Below are positions 51,390 through 61,363 of a stretch of 64,000 nucleotides of DNA, one piece after another. This stretch comes from an uncultured Pseudomonadales bacterium. Lineage in GTDB: Bacteria > Patescibacteriota > Microgenomatia > UBA1400 > PJMF01. The position numbers and the translations under genes were made by a program. The stretch lies in contig CAYVXV010000002.1 in the NCBI GenBank assembly GCA_964455555.1, positions 67,677-131,676 on the forward strand, read 5' to 3'. Within the stretch, counting starts at the first letter, position 1, and each line of letters starts with the position of its first letter. The notes under the pieces are model-generated. The model was not told the origin of the DNA, searched no databases, and saw only the letters and a program-made list of their open reading frames with translations.

Positions 51390-53102
51390 ATGAGAAAAAA
51401 GACACAAAGCTGGATGAGCTGGCTGGACAATAATATATTACTGATTATCGGCGGCTTTCTTTTAGCCTTCATTCCTCTTTATCCAAAACTGCCTCTCTTT
51501 GAAGCTATCCCTGGTTACATTGTGCGGGTCAGAATTGAGGATGTACTGATTCTCTTTGCCTCATTCATCTGGTTTATTCAGGTGCTCAGAAAAAAAGTCT
51601 CCTGGAAGACTCCTCTTACTCCGGTAATCTTAGCCTATGCCGCAGTCGGCCTGCTCTCTACTATTTCTGCAGTCTTAGTTACCAAAACAGTACCCCTAAG
51701 CCCGCTTCATATCGGCAAGTCCCTGCTGCATTATTTCCGCTACCTGGAGTATTTTTCGCTCTTCTTTATCCTATCAGCAGCTGTCCGGAGAAAACGTGAC
51801 CTGAAAATCCTCCTTGTGGTAATCACTGTTACTTTGGTGAGTGTTGGCCTTTATGGCTATGGACAAAAATATTTCTACTGGCCGGTGTACTCAACCATGA
51901 ACCGAGAGTTCAGTAAGGGCATCCGCCTTTACCTAACAGAGCATGCCAGGGTTCAATCCACCTTTGGCGGCCATTATGACCTGGCAGCATACTTGGTAGT
52001 AATTTTGCCATTTTTACTATCGCTGGTTTACAGTATCAAAAACCGGAAACTGAGTTTCGCCACCTTCTTAGCCTTTTTTATTGGACTTTGGCTTTTAATC
52101 ACCAGTGCATCCAGAGCTTCGTTCGCTGCCTTTTTGGGCGGGGCAGTTGCAGTCGTTTTATTTTTTGCCTGGCAGAAAAGCAACCTAAAGAAAAAAATTT
52201 GGTATGCATTTTCAAGAATATTAGGCATTTTACTGCTCACATTTGTCATGTTAATTGCTTTTGGCGACGACATGTATGAGCGGTTGCTGCAAAGCCTTGA
52301 AGGCTACCCTGAGGTTCACAGCGCCTACATAGAGGTTGAAGATGTGGTCGAACAAATAGTCTACGATTATGTTCCTGCAGTTATTGATCTGCTCAGCTTT
52401 AAACCTGAAAAACCTGCCAATTCTCTCTCTACCGAAGAAGCTGAGATTCTGGTTGCCTCTGACCAAAGGCCTTCAGAGGTCAATCCCAAAGACACACCCA
52501 GCGACGTCTACGTAATTGTTCCCGATATTGTAAAAGTAGCTACAAAATCTGCAACTGGAGAGATAGAAATTGTTGAGGTAGAAACTGAACGGGTCTACTC
52601 GGAGAACGCCCTACGCTATGGACTTTCCTTGGCGATCAGACTGGATGAGCTCTGGCCAAAAGCCATTCAAGGTTTCATGCGCAATCCTCTTCTGGGCAGC
52701 GGCTACGCCACCCTCACAAAAGATACCGCCGGGCACTTTACAGAAGCCGAAAGCACTGACAACAACTACTTGAGGGTTTTGGGTGAAACCGGCCTGCTTG
52801 GATTTATTACCTTTTACGGCACAATTGCTTTTGCAATGTATTGGGCTTGGCTTCTCAATAAAAAATACTTCAAAAAGAACGCCTTATATAGTGCACTTGC
52901 AATAGGCTATTTGGGGGCTAGTATTGGGCTGCTTCTAAACGCCGTCTACATTGATGTTTATGCTTCGTCAAAGGTTGCGCTGGTTTATTGGGCTCTTACC
53001 GGAATTCTAATGGCCATAGCAATGACAGAGCTGCCAGAGTCAAAAAAAATGACAGACAATTTGAGTTTGCAGAATATTAAAAAATGGCTGCTGAAAAAAT
53101 GA
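51390..53102 (+). CDS. O-antigen ligase/polymerase (Wzy_C) family protein
   Basis: FIPLYPK, RVQSTFGGHYD, TSASRAS, SLAIR...WP.A...F..NPLLGSG, STDNNYLR.LGETGLLG. Confidence 0.85.
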   Translation: MRKKTQSWMSWLDNNILLIIGGFLLAFIPLYPKLPLFEAIPGYIVRVRIEDVLILFASFIWFIQVLRKKVSWKTPLTPVILAYAAVGLLSTISAVLVTKTVPLSPLHIGKSLLHYFRYLEYFSLFFILSAAVRRKRDLKILLVVITVTLVSVGLYGYGQKYFYWPVYSTMNREFSKGIRLYLTEHARVQSTFGGHYDLAAYLVVILPFLLSLVYSIKNRKLSFATFLAFFIGLWLLITSASRASFAAFLGGAVAVVLFFAWQKSNLKKKIWYAFSRILGILLLTFVMLIAFGDDMYERLLQSLEGYPEVHSAYIEVEDVVEQIVYDYVPAVIDLLSFKPEKPANSLSTEEAEILVASDQRPSEVNPKDTPSDVYVIVPDIVKVATKSATGEIEIVEVETERVYSENALRYGLSLAIRLDELWPKAIQGFMRNPLLGSGYATLTKDTAGHFTEAESTDNNYLRVLGETGLLGFITFYGTIAFAMYWAWLLNKKYFKKNALYSALAIGYLGASIGLLLNAVYIDVYASSKVALVYWALTGILMAIAMTELPESKKMTDNLSLQNIKKWLLKK

Positions 53103-54568
53103 AAAAGGTTTTCTTTAAGCACGGCTTGCTTTTGATTATTATCTTCGCCGCACTTGCGGTGCGGCTGTACCGCGTACATTATCCGCTTTTGGACTGGCAT
53201 AGTTGGAGGCAAGCCGACACGGCCTCGGTAACACAAAACTATCTGAATTACGGCATCGATCTGCTTAGGCCCACCTATCACGACCTGTCAAATATTCCCA
53301 ACGGTCTTGAAAACCCCGAGGGCTACCGGATGGTTGAGTTTCCGATTATTAATGCCGGCATTGCCAGTTTGATCAAAATATTACCAGCCCTGCCTTTAGT
53401 GCCAACCAGCCGAGTAGTTTCAATTCTCTTTTCCTTGGGAACTCTGGTATCTTTGTTTTTTCTTGTAAAAGATCTTTCCGGCAAGAAAGTGGCTTATATT
53501 ACAGCTGCTGTTTTTGCCTTTCTGCCTTATTCTGTCTACTACTCCCGAGTAATACTCCCCGAACCGCAGGTGCTTTGCTTCTCTGTATTCTCACTGATGG
53601 CTTTTAACAATTGGCTCAAGCACAAAAGAGCGAGTTGGTATATTTTATCGGTTATTAGCCTGGCTTTGGCATTTTTATTAAAGCCTTTTGTCGGTTTCTT
53701 TGCCCCGGCTTATCTGGCATTATCATGGTTTGCCTTTAAAAAGAAACTTTTCCTAAACCCATGGCTATATCTCTACAGCCTTCTAGCTGTAGCCCCATTT
53801 TTTGCTTGGAGAAACTGGATTACTCAGTTCCCTGAGGGCATCCCTTCCTCTGACTGGCTCTTTAACGGCAACGGCATCAGACTGCGGCCTGCTTGGTTTA
53901 GATGGCTGGGTTATGAACGCCTGACCAAACTAATGCTAGGGTTTACCGGCCTTGTTTTCATTCCCTTTGCTTTTGCCAAAGTGTCTAAAGATACCATTTT
54001 TTATATGGCTTGGTGGATCGGTGCCGCAGCATATTTGGTGGTTATAGCGACAGGCAACGTACAGCATGATTATTATCAGGCTCTGCTTATACCAATTCTT
54101 TCAGCTACAGTTGGAAAAGGGGTAGTGGCACTTTACCAGCAGGCTAAAAGTCTTTGGGAAAAAAAGTTTCCCCACCTGCGGCTCTATGGGCACTTGGCTT
54201 CATTCGCTCTGGTAAGCCTTCTTTTTATTCTGATGCTTTTTTTCAGTTGGCAGAACGTAAAAGGTAACTTTAATGTGAACAACTGGGAATACTACAGGGC
54301 AGGGCAAGTTGTTCAGGATAAAACACCTGAAGATGCATTGGTTATAGCCCCACAAATGGGTGATACGGCTTTTTTGTTCCAAACCAACAGAAAAGGCTGG
54401 CCGATAGGCGGAGGTATTGATGAAAAAATCCGCTTTGGAGCAACTCATTACGTCAGTGCCAGCTTTGATAAGGAGGCTCAGGAGCTTTCAGAAAAATATT
54501 TTGTAATTGAGAAAACAGAAGAGTACGTCCTCATTGACCTCACTACTCGTAGAGAGGCGCAACCATGA
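53099..54568 (+). CDS. ArnT/PMT-like (GT-C) glycosyltransferase, WRQ subtype
   Basis: HSWRQADTA.V..N, EFP, YYSR..LPE, LLKP, HDYYQ, GWP; ATGA overlap with the upstream gene. Confidence 0.83.
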   Translation: MKKVFFKHGLLLIIIFAALAVRLYRVHYPLLDWHSWRQADTASVTQNYLNYGIDLLRPTYHDLSNIPNGLENPEGYRMVEFPIINAGIASLIKILPALPLVPTSRVVSILFSLGTLVSLFFLVKDLSGKKVAYITAAVFAFLPYSVYYSRVILPEPQVLCFSVFSLMAFNNWLKHKRASWYILSVISLALAFLLKPFVGFFAPAYLALSWFAFKKKLFLNPWLYLYSLLAVAPFFAWRNWITQFPEGIPSSDWLFNGNGIRLRPAWFRWLGYERLTKLMLGFTGLVFIPFAFAKVSKDTIFYMAWWIGAAAYLVVIATGNVQHDYYQALLIPILSATVGKGVVALYQQAKSLWEKKFPHLRLYGHLASFALVSLLFILMLFFSWQNVKGNFNVNNWEYYRAGQVVQDKTPEDALVIAPQMGDTAFLFQTNRKGWPIGGGIDEKIRFGATHYVSASFDKEAQELSEKYFVIEKTEEYVLIDLTTRREAQP

Positions 54569-55755
54569 AAGTTTTAATGCTGGCTCCTTATCTGCCTTAC
54601 CCCTTGTTGTCTGGCGGCCAAATACGCACCTACAACCTGCTTAAACAGCTTTCAAAAAACCACGAAATTACCTTATTTGCGCTTATTAAGCATGAGGAGG
54701 AGAAAGAGCATATAGCCGAGCTGGAAAAATACTGCACGAAGGTTCGCGTCTTTAAGCGGACCAGCAAGCCTTTTACCTTGGGCAATATTTTTAAAACTGC
54801 ATTTTCCAGATATCCCTTTCTGGTTATCCGCAATTATGTCCCAGAGGCTGTAAAAGCAATTAAGGAAGAACTTGCTTCAAAGCAATACGACCTAATCCAC
54901 GCGGAAACCTTTTACATGATGCCTCACATACCTGAGTCTTCCGTGCCGGTAATTTTGGTAGAACAAACAATAGAATATTTGGGCTATGAAAGTTTTGCAG
55001 AAAAAGCACTTTTCTTTCTAAAACCTTTTCTCAGATATGATATTGAGAAGATCAAGCGCTGGGAGCGCCACTACTGGAACCGCTGCCATACACTTATAGT
55101 CATGAGTCAAGAGGACAAGCGCTACCTGTCCAAACACGTTAAGAATCCGGGAAAAATTGAGGTTGTTGAAAACGGAGTTGACACCGATTGGTTTGATGAA
55201 AAAAGCCGCAATGAACCATCTGTGCCAACCTTGTTATCTGTCGGAACATTTAAGTGGCTTCCCAATGTAGAGGCTGTTGATTTCCTGGTCCAAAAAGTAT
55301 GGCCATTAGTTAAGGAAGCTTTGCCGGATGCCAAGCTACACATTGTAGGCAATGCACCTAGAAAAAGAGTGCTGGATTATCAAAAAGAGGATCCAAGCAT
55401 ACAAGTTCATGGAAGAGTAGAAGATATCAGGGATTCTTTCAACCAGGCGCATGTGCTGATAGCGCCGGTCTTCAGCGGCAAAGGCACACGCTACAAAATT
55501 CTGGAAGCAATGGCTTCGGGCACACCGATAGTCGCCACTAATATCGCGGTTGAGGGTGTAGGCGTAACTCAAAACAAACATGTGCTCATCAGTGATGAAG
55601 CCAAAGGGATGGCTGAGGCAGCAATAAAACTGATCAATAACCCAGAGAAACGCCTGGAGCTGGCTAATAATGGCCGGAAATTCATCCGCGAAAAATACGA
55701 CTGGTCACTTATCTCAAAAAAACTTGATACAATTTATCAGAATATCAACAACTAA
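54565..55755 (+). CDS. GT4 glycosyltransferase
   Basis: PYPLLSGGQIR, NGVD, W.PN..A, P.FSG.GTR.KILEAMASG.P, YDW. Confidence 0.9.
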   Translation: MKVLMLAPYLPYPLLSGGQIRTYNLLKQLSKNHEITLFALIKHEEEKEHIAELEKYCTKVRVFKRTSKPFTLGNIFKTAFSRYPFLVIRNYVPEAVKAIKEELASKQYDLIHAETFYMMPHIPESSVPVILVEQTIEYLGYESFAEKALFFLKPFLRYDIEKIKRWERHYWNRCHTLIVMSQEDKRYLSKHVKNPGKIEVVENGVDTDWFDEKSRNEPSVPTLLSVGTFKWLPNVEAVDFLVQKVWPLVKEALPDAKLHIVGNAPRKRVLDYQKEDPSIQVHGRVEDIRDSFNQAHVLIAPVFSGKGTRYKILEAMASGTPIVATNIAVEGVGVTQNKHVLISDEAKGMAEAAIKLINNPEKRLELANNGRKFIREKYDWSLISKKLDTIYQNINN

Positions 55756-55756
55756 T

Positions 55757-56632
55757 ATGGCAAACAAACACGATCTTGAAATTATCATCACAACCTTTAA
55801 CAGTGAGTTTTGGCTGAAAAAAACTCTAACTACTTTAAAGGATTATTACTTAGACCATGCAAAATATGATGTCTCCGTCACAGTGGTAGACAATAATTCA
55901 GAGGACAACACGCTGTCCATGCTTAAAAAGGAGTATAAGTGGGTTAAGCTCATCGAGTTGGATGAGAATTTTGGCTTTGCTTTTGCCAACAACCGGGCGA
56001 TAGAAAGTTCCAAAGCGCGATACGTAATGTTGTTAAATTCAGATGTGGAATTTACAAACAGATCACGACTAGATGTTTTAATTGATTTTATGGACAAAAA
56101 CCCAAAGGCCGGAATTATCTCACCACGGGTTGAATTCACAGATGGCACTATCGACCCCGCCTGCCATCGGGGCGAACCAACTCTCTGGGCTTCCCTAACT
56201 TACTTCTCCAATTTGGAGTACTGGTTCCCAGAAAGCACATTGTTCGGCCGATATCACCAATATTATAAGGACCTAAAAGCAGTCCATTCCATAGATGCAG
56301 TGTCAGGAGCTGCACTGATTGCCAGAAAATCTGCTGTTGATGAGATTGGTCTATTAGATGAGCAGTTTTTTATGTATGCCGAAGACCTTGATTGGTGCAA
56401 ACGCTTCCGCGAAAGCGGATACGAAGTTATCTATCACCCGGAAGCTGTTGTCATCCATCATAAAAATAAATCTGGCATTAAAAGCACCTCACAGCAAATA
56501 GCAAAAAAGACCAGGAAACATTTCTATAACACCATGCTACAATACTATGACAAACACTATAAGAATAAGTATCCTCAATTCATGAGGAACCTGGTGCGTT
56601 ATTTATTAGTAATTAAAAAAGGAGCATTATAA
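55757..56632 (+). CDS. GT2 glycosyltransferase (WbbL-like)
   Basis: VVDNNSED, NFGFA.ANN, LLNSD, DAVSGA, FFMYAEDLDWC.R. Start placed at ATG 55757. Confidence 0.88.
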   Translation: MANKHDLEIIITTFNSEFWLKKTLTTLKDYYLDHAKYDVSVTVVDNNSEDNTLSMLKKEYKWVKLIELDENFGFAFANNRAIESSKARYVMLLNSDVEFTNRSRLDVLIDFMDKNPKAGIISPRVEFTDGTIDPACHRGEPTLWASLTYFSNLEYWFPESTLFGRYHQYYKDLKAVHSIDAVSGAALIARKSAVDEIGLLDEQFFMYAEDLDWCKRFRESGYEVIYHPEAVVIHHKNKSGIKSTSQQIAKKTRKHFYNTMLQYYDKHYKNKYPQFMRNLVRYLLVIKKGAL

Positions 56633-57102
56633 TGCATTCCCAAACCCACTTTGAAATTGAACAGCTGCGGATGAGAAATCTCGTTGACGGCGTGATGAGC
56701 ATCCTAGGCATCCTAGCGGCATTGCTGGTCGTAATCTTGCTGCCGTCACTTTTAGTTCGCTACGTTATTCCGCAAGAACAGCTTTTGACCGAACCCTTGA
56801 TCCTTGAACTAATTCCTGTTGTAGGTTTTGTATTATCCTTTGGCTACTTCCTTTATGCAGCTGTCAGATCATTCCAAAGAGCTGCCAGAGCAAGGGCTCT
56901 AGAAGCCAGTTTGGCTGGATATGGGGAAATGGTAAATGATTCTGAAATGATCAGCGAAGCTGAGCTGGCAGAACTGGAAGGCATTGTCGAAGAAGCACTT
57001 AAATCCAAATCTGCTAAAACAACCAGAAAAGCTGCAAGCGCAAAAAAAAGCACCAGAAAAACTCCGGCTAAAAGAACTGCCAGAGCTAGAAAAAGCAAAT
57101 AG
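56632..57102 (+). CDS. Two-TM membrane protein with an acidic linker and a histone-H1-like K/R/A-rich tail
   Basis: Two hydrophobic helices, an E-rich segment, then KSKSAKTTRKAASAKKSTRKTPAKRTARARKSK. SD AAGGAG lies 7 nt upstream. Confidence 0.8.
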   Translation: MHSQTHFEIEQLRMRNLVDGVMSILGILAALLVVILLPSLLVRYVIPQEQLLTEPLILELIPVVGFVLSFGYFLYAAVRSFQRAARARALEASLAGYGEMVNDSEMISEAELAELEGIVEEALKSKSAKTTRKAASAKKSTRKTPAKRTARARKSK

Positions 57103-57130
57103 TTTAATAAAAACTAAATAGCAATTTAAC

Positions 57131-57170
57131 TTACAGCCAGAGCTTCCCGCTCTGGCTGTAATGGTTTATT
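57131..57170 (+). terminator. Intrinsic terminator-like hairpin
   Basis: Perfect 13-bp stem TTACAGCCAGAGC-ttccc-GCTCTGGCTGTAA (57131-57161) followed by TGGTTTATT. Confidence 0.75.
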
Positions 57171-57180
57171 ATTAGAGAAT

Positions 57181-58281
57181 ATGAAAATCGGCATAGATTG
57201 CCGGCTGGCCGGCACCAAGCACGCTGGCATTGGCCGTTACATTGCAAACCTTCTCCAAGAATTAATCACTGAAAAAAATATCCACTGGGTGCTCTTTTTT
57301 TATGACAATCAACAGGCTGAGTCTGTACTCGGAAACCAACTCAAAGCTACCAACGTTTCCGTAGAGTATGTGCCTGTTAAACACTACACTTTTTCCGAGC
57401 AGATAAAGCTGCCAAAAATTTTTGCAAACAAGGAACTGGACTTGCTTCATGTCCCTCATTTTAATATTCCTGTGTTTTACCAGGGTAGGATGGTTGTAAC
57501 GATTCATGATCTATTGTGGCATCATCACCGTGGATTGCAGGTAACCACTTTGCCCTCCGGTCAATATTGGTTGAAGTACTTTTTTTACCGAACTGTAACC
57601 AGACAAGCAGTATTTAAGGCTGCCAAGGTTTTGGTTCCCGCTAAAGAAATTAAAAAAACTGTTACTCACTACTATCCGCACGCTCAATCGAAGATAGTGG
57701 TGACTACCGAGGGCGTGGAAGAAGTCTTCCTTAGTGCTAAAAGCAGTGTCAAAAGAGCTAAAAACACCTTGCTTTTTGTCGGCTCGCTTTATCCTCATAA
57801 AAATGTCAGGCTTATTATCTTAGCCCTTAAACTGTTGCCTGAGTACAAACTTCAGATTGTTGGCTCAAGATCTATTTTTCAGGAGGAGACAATGGAACTA
57901 ATCAGGGAAGCAGGTATTGCTGACCGGGTAGAATTCCTAGGCTATCTGGCAGACAGAGAACTGGCCAAGGTGTATTCCGCTACTACAGCCTTAGTGCAGC
58001 CGTCTTTTTCGGAAGGATTTGGTTTGACAGGGGTTGAGGCAATGGCGACCGGAACACCCGTTTTGGCTTCTGACATTCCAATATTTAAGGAAATTTATCA
58101 AGATGCCGCCATTTATTTTGACCCCTTCAGTACAAGCTCATTTGTAAAAGCAGTGAGAAAGCTGGAAAAACTAAACTTGCTTCAACACCAGAAAATTCTT
58201 AAAAAGGTGATAGAACCGTACCGCTGGAAATCTACCGCAGCCCAAACCACCGCCGCCTACCGCGAAGCGCTAGAGAAATAG
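57181..58281 (+). CDS. GT4 glycosyltransferase (MtfB-like)
   Basis: GIGRY, HVPHFN.P, VVTIHDL, YPHKN, PSFSEGFGLTGVEAM, SDIPIFKE. Confidence 0.9.
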   Translation: MKIGIDCRLAGTKHAGIGRYIANLLQELITEKNIHWVLFFYDNQQAESVLGNQLKATNVSVEYVPVKHYTFSEQIKLPKIFANKELDLLHVPHFNIPVFYQGRMVVTIHDLLWHHHRGLQVTTLPSGQYWLKYFFYRTVTRQAVFKAAKVLVPAKEIKKTVTHYYPHAQSKIVVTTEGVEEVFLSAKSSVKRAKNTLLFVGSLYPHKNVRLIILALKLLPEYKLQIVGSRSIFQEETMELIREAGIADRVEFLGYLADRELAKVYSATTALVQPSFSEGFGLTGVEAMATGTPVLASDIPIFKEIYQDAAIYFDPFSTSSFVKAVRKLEKLNLLQHQKILKKVIEPYRWKSTAAQTTAAYREALEK

Positions 58282-58284
58282 GCC

Positions 58285-59511
58285 ATGCTCAAAAATCAGC
58301 CACAAGTTGCACTCGTATATGACAAAGTTAACACACCGTATGGCGGGGCTGAACATGTTCTACTAGCACTGAATGAGGCTTTTCCCAAATCACCCCTGTA
58401 CACAGCCGTTTATGATGCTAAAAGAGCCGCTTGGGCAAAGCCGTATAAGGTTGTACCTTCCTTTCTGCAAAAGCTTCCCGGAGCTAAAAGCCGCCACCAA
58501 TTTTTGGCAGCCCTAATGCCGCTAGCCTTTGAATCCTTTGATTTAGGTGGTTATGACATCGTAATCTCAGTAACTTCAGGAGAAGCGAAAGGCGTTTTAA
58601 CCAAGCCCAACCAACTTCACATCTGCTACCTGCTCACCCCGCCGCGCTATCTATACAGCCATCAGAAAGAATATTTGGACAGTTATTGGTTTTCACGCCT
58701 GCCTCTGCTGAGGCAAATTTCCGGATTGCTGCTGCGATATTTACAGTGGTGGGATCAGTCTGCAGCGCTCCGGCCTGATTTAATCATCCCAATTTCAAAT
58801 TTGGTGCGGGAGAGGGCTGAGGGCATATATAAAACGACCATTGAAAAACCAATCTATCCGCCGGTACCGGATATTCCGATGTCCAATGAGTCATTAGCTC
58901 TAAACTCATTTTATTTGGTTGCGTCAAGATTAGTGCCATATAAAAAAGTGGACATAGCTGTTTCATCCTGCAAAAAGCTGAATAAATGCCTAGTCATTGT
59001 CGGCGAGGGAACTGCCAATAAGAGCTTAATTGGCCTGGCTGGAGAAGCCGGTTCGGTCAGAAAGCAAAATGAAAGTTTAACCCGGTTTATTGAGCGCGCG
59101 CAGACGGAAAATAAAATAATACTTTTTACCAACAATTGTACAGAGGCGGAGCTAGGTCGCTTGTTCGCCAATGCGCGCGCCCTGCTGATGCCGGGGACTG
59201 AGGACTTTGGCATTACGGCAATGCAGGCAGGCATGATGGGCAAACCTGTGATTTTAACTGCGGACAGCGGTGCTGCTGAGCTGCTTAAAGAAGGGCGGCA
59301 TGCTATCTTTTTAAAGGAAGTAAGCCAGGCAGCTTTAGAAAATGCTATTCTTCGGCTCGAAAAATATAATTGGAATTCTGAATCCATGCGCAACAATGCA
59401 GAAAAGCATTCAGTCAAAAACTTTACTACCCAATTCTCAAAAAAAGTGTATGATTTGTTCATAACTTATCAAAATCCAGACCGAAAGGCTGTTTATGAGT
59501 TACCTAGATAA
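58285..59511 (+). CDS. GT4 glycosyltransferase (WbaZ-like)
   Basis: GGAEHVL, SFLQKLP, P.AFESFDL..YD.VIS, HICY..TPPRYL, SRLVPYKKVD, EDFGI. Confidence 0.88.
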   Translation: MLKNQPQVALVYDKVNTPYGGAEHVLLALNEAFPKSPLYTAVYDAKRAAWAKPYKVVPSFLQKLPGAKSRHQFLAALMPLAFESFDLGGYDIVISVTSGEAKGVLTKPNQLHICYLLTPPRYLYSHQKEYLDSYWFSRLPLLRQISGLLLRYLQWWDQSAALRPDLIIPISNLVRERAEGIYKTTIEKPIYPPVPDIPMSNESLALNSFYLVASRLVPYKKVDIAVSSCKKLNKCLVIVGEGTANKSLIGLAGEAGSVRKQNESLTRFIERAQTENKIILFTNNCTEAELGRLFANARALLMPGTEDFGITAMQAGMMGKPVILTADSGAAELLKEGRHAIFLKEVSQAALENAILRLEKYNWNSESMRNNAEKHSVKNFTTQFSKKVYDLFITYQNPDRKAVYELPR

Positions 59512-60598
59512 CACTTATGCTGTAGTTTTAGCTGGAGGTGGCGGTACCCGCCTTTGGCCTAAATCCAGAAAGCAAACCCCAAAGCAGTTCCTTAGGCTCA
59601 TGGGCAAAGACACCTTAATACAAATTACGGTAGCCAGAATTAGCAAACTAATTCCCTTCGAGCGCATTATTGTTGTTACAAACGAGCTCTACCTCGATGA
59701 AGTCGTCAAAGAACTTCCGGAGGTTCCCGAAAAAAACATTATCGCCGAACCGGAAAAGCGCGACACTGCACTGGCCATGCTGGTCGGGGCTCTCTATGCC
59801 AAAAGCATGAATAAGGATGCTGTTGTCATTAATTGTGCTTCTGACCACGTTGTCACCAATGAAAAAGAATTCATTAGGGTTATGAAGGCTGCAGCCGGAG
59901 TTGCAGCTGAAAATGGCAGCCTGGTTTCTGTTGGCATTACACCAAGCTACCCTGCAACCAGTTTCGGCTACATCAAAATCGGCGACGACCTTAAAAAGCT
60001 TAATGGCGGCCTGTCTTTATTTAAGGTTGACAGCTTTACAGAAAAACCAAAAGAGGCCACGGCCAGGGCATTTATCTCAACCGGCAAATACTTTTGGAAT
60101 GCCAACATGTACGTCTGGTCTTCTGATTCCTTGATCGAAGCCTTTAAAAAACATAAAAATGATTTACTGGAAAAAGCTAATCCACTTTTAGAAGCAAAGA
60201 GCAATGATTTTCTGTCTAAGCTGCCTGCAGTTTATAAAGATGCTGAAGCCATCTCTATTGATTACGCAATCTCAGAAAAAGCTGACAATCTTGTCCTCAT
60301 TCCCGGTGATTTTGGCTGGAATGACGTAGGAGATTGGAAAGTGGTCTATGACCTTGAGACCAAAAACCTCTCAGGCAATGCCATTTTCGGTGAAGGCACC
60401 GAGGTCCACGCCCTCTCAATCGAATCGCACAATAATCTCATACACACCAACGGCCGCCTGGTTGCCCTGGTGGGCATTAATGACCTCGTGGTCATCGATA
60501 CCGAGGAAATCCTCATGATCTGCCCCAAAAACAGGACGCAGGATGTGAAAAGGCTTGTTGATAGGCTGAAAGAAGAAAAAAGGCAGGAATACCTCTAA
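59495..60598 (+). CDS. manC: Mannose-1-phosphate guanylyltransferase (no cupin domain)
   Basis: LAGGGGTRLWPKSR...PKQFL, EP..RDTA, SDH, FGYI, FTEKP, WNA, SIDYAISEK, WNDVG.W. Confidence 0.93.
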   Translation: MSYLDNTYAVVLAGGGGTRLWPKSRKQTPKQFLRLMGKDTLIQITVARISKLIPFERIIVVTNELYLDEVVKELPEVPEKNIIAEPEKRDTALAMLVGALYAKSMNKDAVVINCASDHVVTNEKEFIRVMKAAAGVAAENGSLVSVGITPSYPATSFGYIKIGDDLKKLNGGLSLFKVDSFTEKPKEATARAFISTGKYFWNANMYVWSSDSLIEAFKKHKNDLLEKANPLLEAKSNDFLSKLPAVYKDAEAISIDYAISEKADNLVLIPGDFGWNDVGDWKVVYDLETKNLSGNAIFGEGTEVHALSIESHNNLIHTNGRLVALVGINDLVVIDTEEILMICPKNRTQDVKRLVDRLKEEKRQEYL

Positions 60599-60645
60599 AA
60601 AGTGTATGATATAGTGAAGATTATCTTTTTCGCTTAGACTTTATC

Positions 60646-61266
60646 ATGAATTACGACCAACAAAAACGCTTATTAGATATTATTGTGGCAAGCTTGCTTT
60701 TTGTTTTCTTTCTTCCCATTTGGGTGATCGTGCCCGTTCTCATTTACCTGGATTCAGGACTGCCAATAATTTTCCGCCACCGGCGGGTCGGTTTAAACGG
60801 CAGTGAATTTAATCTCTATAAATTCCGCTCGATGGTCCAGGGAGCTGATGAAATGCTGCACAACCATGATATGGAGCTGCTTAAAAAATTTAAAGAAAAT
60901 GATTGGAAAATCAAGGACGACCCCAGAATTACCCGGCTTGGAAAAGCCCTGCGCTCGCTGACAATTGATGAATTTCCTCAGCTATACAACGTCTTGAGGG
61001 GGGAGATGAGCATGGTTGGCCCGAGGGCTTACGTGAAAAGAGAGTTGAGTGAACAATCCAAGCGCTATCCGAAAACCCAACCTTATATCGAGGCTATTTT
61101 ATCTGTTAAGCCGGGAATTACCGGACCCTGGCAAACCAGCGGAAGAAACGAGGTGCCTTTTTCCAAGCGCGCTAAGATGGACGCCGAGTATGCCCGCACA
61201 CGGTCTATTTGGCATGATATCGTGATTCTTTTCCGAACTCCAAGGGCAATGATTTCCAAGTGGTAA
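60646..61266 (+). CDS. Monotopic phosphoglycosyl transferase (Bac_transf; WbaP/PglC-like priming enzyme)
   Basis: KRLLDI, KFRSM, DDPRITR.G, IDEFPQL.NVLRGEMS.VGPR, KPGITG.WQ.SGR. Confidence 0.93.
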   Translation: MNYDQQKRLLDIIVASLLFVFFLPIWVIVPVLIYLDSGLPIIFRHRRVGLNGSEFNLYKFRSMVQGADEMLHNHDMELLKKFKENDWKIKDDPRITRLGKALRSLTIDEFPQLYNVLRGEMSMVGPRAYVKRELSEQSKRYPKTQPYIEAILSVKPGITGPWQTSGRNEVPFSKRAKMDAEYARTRSIWHDIVILFRTPRAMISKW

Positions 61267-61363
61267 CCTTCATAGGTTAATCCTTTTTGGCCTGGTTATT
61301 CCGAATAGTTGGCTAAACTGATAGCTTCCGCATAACTTCTGTTTTTGCTATACTGTACTTCTG

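Noticed and set aside
58911-59462. 183-aa minus-strand ORF, and the other short nested ORFs in the track
   Set aside because: They lie inside well-supported genes, mostly antisense, and carry no motifs.
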